Assembly (NCBI GenBank): GCA_043228905.1
Contig: JBHGNT010000011.1
Location: 5,518,001-5,582,000 of the forward strand
Origin: Azolla caroliniana
Taxonomy: Eukaryota > Plantae > Polypodiophyta
Direction: 5' to 3'
DNA: 64,000 nt
Both the position numbers and the translations under genes were made by a program. Below the pieces are notes generated by a model. It was given only the letters and a program-made list of their open reading frames with translations, was not told the DNA's origin and searched no databases. Shown here piece by piece: positions 9,526-22,101 of this stretch; positions within the stretch are counted from its first letter, which is position 1, and every line of letters starts with the position of its first letter.

Positions 9526-12500
9526 TATGTTGTAACGAATCAAGAGATGGATTCTTGTGAAGCGGAAGAGATGTGAGTTATGTGTGTGTGTAAGAGAGAG
9601 AGAGAGAGAGTGAGTGAGTGAAACACAGAGAATACGCAAGGTAAAAGTATATTGACAAAGGAGAAAGACTCAACATTATACAAGGTGGGAGGAGGGTGCT
9701 TTATGTAGTCACCCTCTCTCTTCATTAACTACAAGAGTCATGGAGCATGGGGAATGTGAAAGTTCATAAGATATGTGTCATAGAATATGATTGTATGACT
9801 CATACTAAATGCGAGAATACAAAGTGGTAACATAATGGTGACTCTTGACCGTTGGAATGTCTCTTCACTTTCAAGGTGAGTTCACACACTAGACCAAGTT
9901 GAGCTTGATTCTCAACACGCCCCCTCAAGCTCAAGTCGGGTCGGTTTCAGATGGTATCCGAAATCCGCTTCAACTCGCGTTCCGGAGTTCGCATCGACTC
10001 GCTTTATGCGGAGTTGCGGAATCCGTGCTCTAGCTTGCGTTGTGCATAGTTACGAAATCTGTGCTTCGGCTTGCGTCTTTCTTCGCGGCTTTGCGCGGTA
10101 GATCGGCTCTTTGCTGCTTATTGCGTAGTGCGTGGTTGTGGAATCTACGCATTATTGCGTAGTGTCTTCAGTACTCCCCCTCAAGCTTGGCAGGTCAGGG
10201 ATCGTCAATCCGAGATCAGTCATGAATTGCCATAGCTTGTCGGCTCCTAAGGCTTTAGTGAAGATGTCGGCCGTTTGAAGATTGGTGCTAATGTGTTGTA
10301 GGTCGACATCGCCAGCTAGAACGCGCTCTCAGATGAAGTGATAGTGCACTTCGATGTGCTTTGTCCGCGCATGGAACACCGGGTTCCGAGCCAGATAGAT
10401 ATTGCTCATGTTGTCGCAGTAAAGGGAAGTCGGATCCTTGATGGGTACACCCAGATCCTTCAAAATCCTCTTGAGCCATACGGCTTCACACACAGCTACG
10501 AGTGCACCCCTGTATTCCGCCTCCGTACTCGAAAGAGCGACGGTAGGCTGCTTCTTGCTACTCCAGGATATTGCTCTGTTGCCGAGGGAGAAAACAAATC
10601 CGGAGGTTGATCTTCTATCAGCTTTGTAACCGGCCCAATCGGCGTCTGTGTACCCCTCGAGTCGTATTGGCATCGCGGTCTTATAGAGGATGCCACAATC
10701 CATTGTGTTGCTGACGTAGCATAGAACTCGCTTAGCGCAATCCAAGTGAGTATCACGCGGTGTTTGCATGAATTGGCTAAGGAGACCGACCGGATAACTG
10801 AGATTGGGTCGTGTGATTGTGAGGTAGATGAGACTCCTGATGAGTTGCCGATACTGAGTCGGCTCACACGCTTTCGTGCCGGAGTTCGCATCTAGTTTGA
10901 GATTGCGATCGAGCGGGGTTGCCACGGATTTGCACTCAGCCATCCCGAACTTGTATAACAAGTTGAGGATGTAGTGCCATTGAGAGATCATGATTCCGGC
11001 TGGAGTCCGAATTACCTCAATGCCAAGGAAGTAGTGGAGCTCCTTCATGTCCGTCATCTCGAACTTGTCGGAAAGGAGGGATTTGACTCTATTGATTTCA
11101 ACGAGATGCTCACCTCCAATGACTAGGTCATCCACATATAAAATGATGATGATCGGACTTGCGGAATCGCTTCGTATGTAGAGGGAGTTGTCTGATTTTG
11201 ACATACAGAAGCCGATTTGATGAAGATATTGCATTATCTTCGAATGCCAAGCACGCGGTGCTTGCTTGAGGCCGTAGAGTGGCTTCTTGAGTTGGCAAAC
11301 AACTTTCGGATGGGTGCTCGAGTTGAAGCCGGGTGGTTGGATCATGTACACCTCCTCTTCTAATTCGCCTTGTAGAAAGGCGTTCTTGACGTCCATTTGA
11401 TGGAGGTGCCACCCTTTCGCCTCGGCAATCACAATTACGGTCCGCACCGTCGTCATCTTTGCCACCAAGGCAAAGGTCTCTGCGTAGTCGACGCCATGCG
11501 TCTGAACGTATCCTTTCACTACGAGTTGAGCTTTGTAGCGGTTTACGGAGCCATCGACGTTATACTTCACCTTGTAGATCCATCTGCATCCGATCGCCTT
11601 CTTGTGTGGTGAGGTGGGAACGAGATCCCACGTCTCGTTCTTCCGTAGTGCTTGCATCTCCTCTGTTAACTCTTAGGTCCGGACGATGGCCTAACACAGG
11701 GTGTCTACGGAAGACACTTCACCAAAGGGTGTTACGGCAACCAGATTAGACTCAACGCTTAATCCGATTTAATTCAGTTACTTAGCATGATCGTCTTTCA
11801 TAATCACACGCGTAAGATATAACAATTATCTTATTGTACATCGTTGATCAGCTTTTCCTGGGTGGATCAGGTATTCCCTCAGCCTAGAAAGCGATGGTTT
11901 GCCTGTCCCTACCCGCGCCTCTACCTGGGGAGATGCTTTCTCCTCCTCAGACAGAACCCTTCGATCGCGTGATCAATAACTTTTTGATATTGAAATCTTT
12001 TTAGAGAGAGAAAACAACTACTCTCCATCTTCCGACTTACAGGCGAAAAAGTGGACATTCGTTGTCGACACTGTTTGGTACCATTCGTATACGTCTTACT
12101 GAGTAACTCCCATTGGTAGTAATAACAACTTGACCTCCCCAAGCTCCCGTGGTAAAATCTTATTCCCACGGAACCTGGATTTCTGATCCGGTCCACGGGG
12201 GGGGAAATAGGACGCAGGCCTCGACTCAGTGGCTCGTCACGGAACAAGCTGGCTAAGCCAGAATCACCGAGACGAATAACCTCTCTTTTCGTACATACCC
12301 CCGGTTTCCTCTCTCATTGCTGCTTCAGCATCATCGCTACTAGCAGGCCTCGAGCAGTCATCGGATCCTATCCCATAAAGATACGTATCTTTACTCACCT
12401 ACTTATTAGGTAGCTAGGTTACCGAATCCCTCTCAGGTAGCCTCGTTGGAACGAAAGAAAGAACGAAAGTCAGATATCGAAGCTGTCTCCATAAAATAAA

Positions 12501-12789
12501 ATAAAATTCCTTATCGAAGCGTATTTAATGATAACAACGCTAAAATTTTATTAATTAACCGCTCCCCATTACATTGTATCCGGGCCTTTAAATAGGTTTC
12601 CGGTCTGTATTACAAAACGGTGCCATCCGCACCTGTTCGGGATCGGTCCGGATCCGGAACGGCTTACCGATTCCAATCCGTCTGTCCACACTCATAGCTT
12701 AATTACAACCACATTCCTACTACTTAAATAACTCTCCGTTTCCCACTCTGGACTCCTTTGCCGGCAAGTAACACATGGCACGCCCGTGG

Positions 12790-13712
12790 GACAGTACCTT
12801 GTACGTCGAATCCACAACCGACCCTTGCTATTCTTCGTCCAAAATATCCAGAATGCTTTGTTCGAGAGTCTCCAATGGTTCATCTGGAATTGGTTGTTGT
12901 TGTTGTTGTTGCTGCTCTGTTGATGTCTGCTGCGACGGGTCCGTTGATGGCTACTGCGGCTGCTCCTCCGTTTGTTGCTCTAACACCGGCGTCTCCGTCG
13001 TTGCTCCCTTCGTCGTAGTGGTCTCCGGTTGACTGGTTCCAGGCTGGGACTCAGCCGGCAATGGTTCCTCATCACTAAGGTTAACCGTTGCCGCTTCCCG
13101 TGCTTTTTCTTCCCGAACCCGGGACCGCTCGTAGCTTTCAAACTGGATTTGAGCGTCCAACCTATCATCGTCTAGCTGAGCTACGAGCTGCCTGACCTGC
13201 GCCAGCTGTTCATCCGCCAGGACTTGGAAGTCGTCGGCCAGCTCGTCCCGTATGGCGGTGAAGTCCTCAGAAATCAACGTATAACAATCATCTCCTTCCT
13301 TCCGCCGGTTTGCCACGTCTGCCCATAGCAACTGGAGTTCCGTCGCGTTTTGTGCCCACTTTGTCCACCATTTTACGGAGCTTTCATTAATCAAGTGTTT
13401 TGTCTTATTCAGCCATGCCCGGAGGATGGACTGAATCCACGCCGTTCCCAATTGCGATTTGGTTTCCGCCGCTTGCTGTTCCTCCTTCAGTTGCTTGATG
13501 ATTTTGACGTTGTCTTCCGCCTGCGCCTTGTAATGCGTCAATTGCTTTTGATATGTGCTTTGTAATTTCTGCAATACTGTTGACGCTCTCTCTTTTTCTT
13601 CTTGTTGCTGCCTCTAGAGCTCCATCCGGACCTTCTCCGCCTCGTCCAAGCGTCTTGTATTTTCCGCACGTTCGTCGGCGATCGCCGTCGCAGCCCGATC
13701 AACTTCCTGCTA
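12790..13712 (-). pseudogene. Accessory coiled-coil ORF of the gypsy element (core 12951-13574), N-terminally truncated
   Basis: Q/E/A/L-rich helical sequence with an acidic Gln/Thr tail. It continues in frame through stops up to the 3' LTR and is not RT, RH or INT. Confidence 0.6.
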
Positions 13713-13716
13713 GAGC

Positions 13717-16058
13717 TCGGCCATCTGCAACCAGAACGGACACGGCACCCACTCGTGGATTCCTAGGGCATCACACGTTTGGAGGCTTATTACATTCACC
13801 CCAGAGCCTCTGTCTATAACTGTGCCGGGGAGTTCTTTCCCTTTTACAATGGAAGTGATTACCAGACTGCTGGTGTCCACCACCGTTGGTCCCTCCTCCG
13901 GATTCGAGAAGAGTACCGGTGCCGGTGATGGTTCTCTTGCCGTCATGGCCGTCTTCAGTCCTTCCGTGAATCTTGGCACGAGTTGTAGGAGTCTTCCTAG
14001 TGGCAACGTAATCTAGCATTCTTGCAACGCCTGCCATGTCTCGTTCTCGGAGTGACTACCGCCAGCAAGCCCTACGGTGTTCTCCTTTTGCCGCTGTAAG
14101 TCTGTGACATTCTGCTCGTTTGCTTTCTTTACCCATTCCGTTGCTTGTTTCCGGATGGTCTCCTGCGTCTCCCATTCCTTGGCCATGCCCTTCGACCTTG
14201 TGGTCACCTGCTGTAGATCTGCCGCCTCAGGGACTACCATATTTACCGCCGGTCGTTTTTCATAGCTCTTCACCGGACATTGGTTACTATAATGGCCTTC
14301 CTGTCGGCAATAGTAACAGTAGGCTTTCCGGGTATTGCTAGATTCGGCATTGTTTGTTGTACCCGGGGCAGGTCATGTGGTACGCGTGGGGTTTTGGATC
14401 GGTTGGCTGCTTGGAGCTCCTTGTTCCGGATCCCGGGGGTAGCCACCTTTTTTAAAATGCCATTTTTTGTTATAGCTCTTCTTATTGCGGTACTCTTGAC
14501 GGGGTTGCCCGTTATATCTGCCGTATTCCTCCCGTTGCTGATGATACCCGGGGGAGTGCTCCCGGTCGTAATGTTCGTATCGTCTATTGTAATCCCGGTA
14601 CTGATCATGCCGATCATAGTTATCCCGCCGATCACCGTACCGAACATCATTCTCCCGTCGATCGCCATACCGGACATCCTGTGTCGGTCGGTCGCGGTCC
14701 ATTCGCCGCCAGCGTTCCTCTTCTTCATCCTGGCTGCTGCGTGGCTCAATTTGTCGGACGGGTGGTGCTTGCCGGTTCAATAGATTATACTCGCACCTAT
14801 CCGTCGTATGGCTCTTGGATTGACAGATTACACATTGCGTCCTCATAGTGCATTCTAGAGCTGAGTGTCCGGAATTCAAGCAGGTTGTGCATTGTATTGC
14901 TTGCCGAAATCGGAGGTCTTCATCGGACGGTAACGCCCGTTGGAGTGCTCCCAGTGTGAGCCAGGAGCTTGTCTTTTCCATCTCTCTCACCCGGTCAATG
15001 ACCTGGTCGATGGTACTTGTGTGGAAGTCAATTACCGTGCAAACCGTGCATAGGGGTTCCCGGAGCGCGTTTAGGAATATAGTCCGTAATTCTTCCTCCA
15101 GGGGTGCGCGGGCAAGCTGACTATGCATCCGTTGAAACCGGATGACAAATTGGGGAATGCTCTCCCCTGCCTCCTGTCGGATGGTATAAAATAAGCCTAC
15201 CATTACGGTCTGGTCCACCTCCTTTTGAAAAAAATGCAAGAATTTAGCTTTTAAATCTGCAAAGGTGTTGATCGTAGACGGGTCATGCGTCTGGCGCCAT
15301 CTTGCTGCCGGTCCCTCCAATGTGATGCCAAATTCCGCTATCTTAGAGCGTTCTGCTTCATCCGGGGTCAATCGCTGGGACACATGGTTGGCTTCCCATG
15401 TCTGTTCAAAGGCGTGCACATGAGCTTCCGCGTCCGGATCATCTCTATACTTGGAGTACTGGAACGGCATGTCGTCGTCCGGTATCGGTGTGGAGGCTGG
15501 CAGTGTTGGTGCTCGTTCCGGAATTTTCTCCGGCGTCGGTGGTTTTCCCCGATTTGTTTCCGGCGTCGGTGGTTTTTCCTCTTCTTTTGGTGACGGAGGC
15601 CTCTCCTCTTCGACTTCCGGTGTCGGAGGTCGCTCTTCCTCTGCTAGTTCCGGGGGTTCCAGCGTTAGCATTTCCGGTTCCGATGTCGGTAAGGTATCCG
15701 ATCCTTCGTCCTCCGGTCCGCCCGGGGTTTCGTTGCTGTTACGGTAGTTCGTGTGCACGCTGTATTCCCCGTCGGAGTCCGATTCATATGTTGAAAAGGC
15801 TTCTGCTTCGCCTTCTCCGTTTGCCAACGCGTGGAGAAGGGATTCGGTTTCCCGAAGGTTGCTTAGGCTGCTGCCGTCGTCCGGGTGCGATGTTTGCTGT
15901 AACCAGAGGGAGTCCTCCGCTACTCTCCGGATTACGTTGGAAAACGAGCAATCCGCTCTAATTTCCTGCGCCGCTTGCTGGAAAGCCTCGCGTCTCCTTT
16001 GCCTTTCGGCAAGGCATCGAGTTCGATCTGTAACCAGGTCGTGCGTTGATCTAGACAT
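13717..16058 (-). pseudogene. Gypsy gag-protease, single frame with nonsense codons at 14373 and 14013
   Basis: Retrotrans-gag motifs (LEGPAARW, IRQEAGESIPQFVIRF), three zinc knuckles (CTTCLNSGHSALEC, CVICQSKSHTTDRC, CYYCRQEGHYSNQC) and protease VIDRGSGVNVIS. Truncated at WLQMA. Confidence 0.88.
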
Positions 16059-19000
16059 CCATTCGTGCCGTCGTTCGCTGCAAAAACAGGAATCGTGGTC
16101 GCCAAAAACTGTGTTAACTCTTAGGGCCGGACGATGGCCTAACACAGGGTGTCTACGGAAGACACTTCACCAAAGGGTGTTACGGCAACCGGATTAGCCT
16201 CAACGCTTAATCCAACTTAATTCAGTTACTTAGCATGATCGTCTTTCATAATCACACGCGTAAGATATAACAATTAAGACAGAACGGCAATTAACACAGA
16301 GAGATAACAACGCTAAACTTTTATTAATTAACCGCTCCCCATTACATTGTATCCGGGCCTTTAAATAGGTTTCCAGTCTGTATTACAAAACGGTGCCATC
16401 CGCACCTGTTCGGGATCGGTCCGGATCCGGAACGGCATACTGATTCCAGTCCGTCCGTCCACACTCATAGCTTAATTACAACCACATTCCTACTACTTAA
16501 ATAACTCTCCGTTTCCCACTTTGGACTCCTTTGCCGGCCGGTAACATCCTCGTTCATTGCTTCGATCCATCACGGGTCCTTCGCGGTTTCCGAAAAGGTT
16601 TCCGGCTCCCGTACTATCGCTACCTTCATCATAAAGGCGTAATAGTATGCCATATAATCATTTCAGCTGAATCGGCTTATGAGGCTCTTCTCACGAGTGG
16701 ATCGGCGGAGCTTTTCATTTGCAGAGATGACGGCTTTCTTAGCACGGATTGGTACATCGAAGCCGCCGACCTCACTATCGAGTGAGTGAGTCGATTCATC
16801 GTCATCGAAGCGACCGTCTTCTTATTCCGCCATTTTCGCCTTGCCTTTGTCCATCTTCGGGCTAGGCCGTGATGTGCTTTGATCTCTCAAAGGCTCTTGT
16901 GGTCCGCTCAGTCGGGTCGTGATCGGACTTTCTTCGATCATGCGCGTAGGGCAATCTTCATCCTCGATCTCCTGTTTGGCAAACTCCGGGTCGAGCGGAG
17001 GCGAAGTTGTCTCTAGTGCGTACCAGGATGCGGACTCCTCAAAAACGACGTCTCGACTTACTCGAGATTTTCGAGTTGAGGGGTTGTAGCACTTGTACCC
17101 CTTTTGCTCCAATGAGTATCCTACGAGGATACATTTCTCCGACTTCGGGTCAAGCTTTTGACGCTTCTCGTCGGGGATGTGCATGTACGCTATCGCGCCG
17201 AATATCCGGATATGCGATAAGTTCGGCTTCTTCCCGAAGAATTTTTCGTGCGGAGTGACCTCGTGCACGCCAGATGTTGTGCACCGGTTCATTAGGTAGA
17301 CGGCCGTATTTGTAGCTTTGGCCCAATATGACTTGGGCATATGCTTCTCGTTCATTATGGCCCGCGCTACTTCGAGGATGTGCCAATTTTTGCGCTCGGC
17401 TACTCCGTTTTGTTGTGGAGTGTGTCGGCAAGTGAATTCTCGCCGAATTCCTTCCTTTCGGAGATACGTTGTGAATTCGTCCGAAAAGTATTCCTTGCCG
17501 CCATCCGATCGAAGGCATCATACATGTCGGCCCATGGCTTTCTCGATTTCTTTCTTGAAATTTTGGAAGTGTCCGAACACTTCGCTCTTTTGCCGCATCT
17601 GGTAGATCCAAGTGTGCCTAGTGAAGTCGTCGATAAAGAGCACGTAATATCGGCATCCACCGAATGTAACTGTCTGCGTTGGTCCCCATACGTCGGAATG
17701 GACTACGTCGAGTAGACCTTTGCTCATGTTCCGCTCTTTCGGGAATGGGTGTCGGTGTTGCTTGCCGAATTGGCACGCTTCGCATACACCTTCAATCTCC
17801 TTCTCTTTGAATGTCGGGAGTCCAATGACGACTCCTTTCGATTTCATTGCTTTGAGTTTGTTGAAATTGATGTGGCCGATTCGCTTGTGCCATAGCTCTA
17901 TGTCGGAGTCGGCTTTCGTGTTTTTCGCGAACATGGCGGATTTCATCTCGCGTGAATCGAGAATGAACATCCAGCCCTCTCTTCATCCGCGTGCGATGAG
18001 TCGGCCCTCTTTTTCGATGAAGCAACCGCCTTGATTAAATCGAACTTGCATCCCTTGCTCTACAATTTGGCTGACGGAGACCAAATTCTTCGTAATGGTC
18101 GGTACATGCAAGACATTTTTAATGTAATTTTGCTTACCCTCTTTTCCGAACGGAACATTGCCAATGTGTCGAATCGAGTGCGTAGTATTGTCTCCAGTTT
18201 CGACATAGCCGGGTCGGTCTGGCTCTTGAAGTTCTCGGAACCATTCTTGATGCGATGTCATATGGTTCGAGGCACCGGAATCGACGAACCATACGTCTTC
18301 CGGACCGGAGGCACTAGTTGAGGTAGCAGCCGACATAGAGTTTGCTCTATGTTTCATCATGAACATTCCGCCACGGTCGGAGTTGTGCGCATACATTCCG
18401 CCACAATCTTCGTAGTCGGAGTTGTACATGTACATTTCACCACGGTCAGAGTTGTGCGCATACATTCCGCCACGATCTTTGTAGTCGGAGTTGTGTGCGT
18501 AATTCGTGAGCTGTCGGCTTGTGGTAGCCGATTCACGCATCTTCTTTGGGTACTCTTCTTCGTGGTGGCCGAGCTTTCCGCAATATCCGCATTCGGTTGT
18601 GTTTTGACGACTCGGGCCGGAGTGGAAGCTCCCCCTTCTTGCGAAGGTTCCTCGTTGTCCTCCATTTTGCGGCCGAAATTGGGAGTTGTTGTCGTAGGTC
18701 GAACCTCGTCCACCTTGTCCTTGGCCGAATCGGCATCTCGCTCGTCCGCGTCCTCTTCCTCCATTAGAGTGCGTGTAGAGCATGTGACCTTCCGACTCAT
18801 TGCTCCTTGTACGCACGTGGTTTTCTTCGACCAATAACATTGATTGGAGCTCGAAGAAGGAGGGAGATTTCTCCCGTGCTAGAACGTCGGTTCGCATCGC
18901 GCTGAACTGTGATGCGAGGCCACCGAGGAATATTTGCACCATCTCATCATCATCTATACTTACGCTTATTGATCCGTGCGAGTTGCAAAGCTCCTTGATC

Positions 19001-20417
19001 TTCAAGGTGTATGTCGTGATGGACATGTCCCTTTGTTGAATGTTGTTCAACTCTTGGCGGAGTTGAAGCTTCCTCGCGGTCGTGTTGGCAGCAAAAATCT
19101 TTCGTAGATTTCCCCACGCTTCCTTCGGCGTCTTGGCTTCTCGAATGTAATCGAGCATGTGGTCGTGAACACATGTCGCCAAACAATACATCACGCGGCT
19201 TGCGGTTTGCTCCCATGTCGCGTATCCGGGAGCCGCTTCGGCGGGTCGGTCTTCATGTGCTCCTTTAATGTAGCTCCAATAGCCCTGTCCGACAAGGTAT
19301 TGGTGCATCTTGTACTCCCAAGATGCAAAGTTGTTTCAATCCAACTTCTCGGTAGGGAGAGCGCTCCCCATTTGAGTATTCATTATGTCGATTCTTCTTC
19401 TTCTTCTTCTCTCTTCGAATGCGAGCTATGTAGCGAAGCTACGATAGCTATGAGCCAGTTCTTGGTCGTCGGCGTAGAGCACAACACACGATCACGATGA
19501 GGCGAAGGGGCTAGATCGAGCTACCAAATTGCTCTGATACCATGTAAAGAATCAAGAGATGGATTCTTGTGAATTGGAAGAGATGTGAGTTATGTGTGTG
19601 TGTAAGAGAGAGAGAGAGAGAGAGAGAGAGTGAAACACAGAGAATACGCAAGGTAAAAGTATATTGACAAAGGAGAAAGACTCAACATTATACAAGGTGG
19701 GAGGAGGGTGCTTTATGTAGTCACCCTCTCTCTTCATTAACTACAAGAGTCATGGAGCATGGGGAATGTGAAAGTTCATAAGTTATGTGTCATAGAATAT
19801 GATTGTATGACTCATACTAAATGCTAGAATACAAAGTGGTGACATAATGGTGACTCTTGACCGTTGGAGTGTCTCTTCACTTTAAAGGTGAGTTCACACA
19901 CTAGACCAAGTTGAGCTTGATTCTCAACATATGCCAACAAACATTGGTAACCTCATGTATTTAACTGTAGATAGATGGTATTTTTATGTGTAATTTTAAA
20001 CTCGTAAGACTTTGTCTACGGGTAAGTGCATTAAATTAGCCCCACAAGCTTGTCGATATGTCACAATTCTCAAACATTTTGGTTTATTTGCATAAGTCAT
20101 CCATCTTTTAGTTGTCAAAACACATCAAAACACACTTCCCTCAAATCGTCATTGCAAACAAACTGTTTAGAATCAAGCTCAACATAGTGCAACTTGTGAA
20201 CACACCTTTTGAGAATCTATGATTACTCAAAGGTCAAGAGTCACACCACTACCCTCTACACATTAACTATGTGTCATAGAATCATATTCTATGACACATA
20301 ACTAATGATTTACATATTCCCCATGACTATGGGTCTTCACATTCCCCACGAGAGAGTGGTTGTTGTAGTTAGTTAATGAACAGAGAGGGTGACTATATAT
20401 AAAGCACCCTTGTAATG

Positions 20418-21543
20418 TATTAGAGATTAAGTACTAAAGTAAGCATAAAATAAGGATATATCAATGATAGATCTAGAAAGAATAGAGAGAAAAGAGAGAA
20501 AGAAGGGTGCCGATCCACCCGACCACCCCCGAGCGAAGGGATCGAGACGGACTCGAGCCTCGATCGGCGTCCCATACCACCGCCTTGGCGTCGAGTCGTA
20601 CCTGGACGATAGCGCGCTTGCTACAAGAGTCGTTCCACTCACGGACAGAGTCTCGACGTAGTCAATGCATGCCCCAAATGAGGGTAGCTAGGCCTCTTAT
20701 TTATAGTAATTCTCAAGGCCCCCAGCCATGTTCACACTTGGCCTCATGGGTTGTCTCAATCCCGAGGATTAAAAGTAATCCTCCCCTTCTTTAGACTCTT
20801 TGTTTAACCCTCACACTTATCCACGTGTATAGAATATTACGACAATTCTCACCACGAGATATTATATGGTCATGCCCGTAACATAAAACTACATATTAAG
20901 TATACACATGTATAGAAGGGAGAAGAAAAATTAGATAAAAAATTAAGGAAAATTTACCGAAGTTCTTTCGCTAATCCTTGTCTGCATGAAGGCGACCGCA
21001 CAACGATCAATCGCCATCCCACGCGAAGACAAAAAGAAAACCAAAAGAAACGTTAGTACATAGGCTCTGATACCAAATATTAGAGATTAGGTACTAAAGT
21101 AAGCATAAAATAAGGATATATCAATGATAGATCTAGAAAGAATAGAGAGAAAAGAGAGAAAGAAGGGTGCCGATCCACCCGACCACCCCCGAGCGAAGGG
21201 ATCGAGACGGACTCGAGCCTCGATCGGCGTCCCATACCACCGCCTTGGCGTCGAGTCGTACCTGGACGATAGCGCGCTTGCTACAAGAGTCGTTCCACTC
21301 ACGGACAGAGTCTCGACGTAGTCAATGCATGCCCCAAATGAGGGTAGCTAGGCCTCTTATTTATAGTAATTCTCAAGGCCCCCGGCCATGTTCACACTTG
21401 GCCTCATGGGTTGTCTCAATCCCGAGGATTAAAAGTAATCCTCCCCTTCTTTAGACTCTTTGTTTAACCCTCACACTTATCCACGTGTATAGAATACTAC
21501 GACAATTCTCACCACGAGATATTATATGGTCATGCCCGTAACA
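20418..21543 (-). mobile_element. TRIM-like element (466-bp LTRs, 194-bp internal region)
   Basis: LTRs 20418-20883 and 21078-21543 differ at 3 sites. PBS tRNA-iMet 21064-21075, exact TSD TAATG, LTR ends TG...TA, no PPT. Confidence 0.93.
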
Positions 21544-22101
21544 TAATGCTACATTTTTGTATCTCTTATTCTACTTGTGAATATACATCTTCTTCTTGAG
21601 CACTTCATTATGTTCCCATTCTATCTAATCTATCTTGTGTTTCTCTTCTCTTCTCTCTTTCCTCTCACACATACACATAACACACATCTCTTCCGCTACA
21701 CAAGAATCATACCCGATTCTTTACATGTTATCAGAGCGGTTTGGTATCTCGATCTAGCCCATTCGCGTGTGTTGTGTTCTACGCCGACGTTCAAGAAGTA
21801 CCGGTCCATCGCTATCATAGTGCGACTACATAGCTCGTATTCGAGAGAGAAGGAAAAGAAAAGAAGGAAGAAATCTTCTTCGACAATGAATACTCAAGTG
21901 GGGAGTGCTCTCCCTAGCGAGACGCTAGATCGAAACAACTTTGCATCTTGGGAGTACAAGATGCACCAATACCTTGTCGACCAAGGCTATTGGGTTACAT
22001 CAAAGGAGCACAAGAAAACCGACCCGACCCAAAAGACATCGACTACGCAACATGGGCGCAAGCGGCAAGCCGAGTGATGTATTGCTTGGCGACATGTGTT
22101 C

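Larger units (their letters stand above)
11664..16546 (-). mobile_element. Internally deleted non-chromovirus Ty3/gypsy element (gag-protease plus accessory ORF; no RT/RH/INT)
   Basis: 5' LTR 16112-16546 (435 bp), 3' LTR 11664-12773 (with 701-bp insertion), exact TSD TCCTC. PBS TGGCGACCAC (16104-16095) is complementary to a tRNA-Arg(UCG)-type 3' end. Confidence 0.92.
10140..19383 (-). pseudogene. Copia-1 gag-pol (stops; interrupted at 11664-16546)
   Basis: Gag with zinc knuckle CGYCGKLGH, PR WFVDSGASNHM, INT WHKRIGH...CEAC and DVWGP, RT QMDVKNAFL/LYVDDL, RH GYTDADWAG and HARTKHIEVHYHF. Confidence 0.95.
9531..19929 (-). mobile_element. Ty1/copia LTR retrotransposon (Copia-1), full length, with nested gypsy insertion
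   Basis: 387-bp LTRs 9531-9917 and 19543-19929 (~10 differences), PBS tRNA-iMet 19531-19542, PPT 9918-9931, TSD TATGT/TATGC. Domain order gag-PR-INT-RT-RH. Confidence 0.97.

Noticed and set aside
14280-16197. Long antisense ORFs over gypsy gag (and similar ones over Copia-1)
   Set aside because: Shadow ORFs expected from GC-rich, repetitive coding sequence on the opposite strand.
11664-16546. DIRS/tyrosine-recombinase element with split repeats
   Set aside because: The apparent split repeat is one LTR with a 701-bp insertion. TG..CA ends, a 5-bp TSD and a protease indicate an ordinary LTR element.
20418-21543. Cassandra (5S-bearing) TRIM
   Set aside because: No recognisable 5S rRNA sequence in the LTRs. 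The GGCTCGAGTCC B-box-like motif lacks a convincing A box at tRNA spacing.
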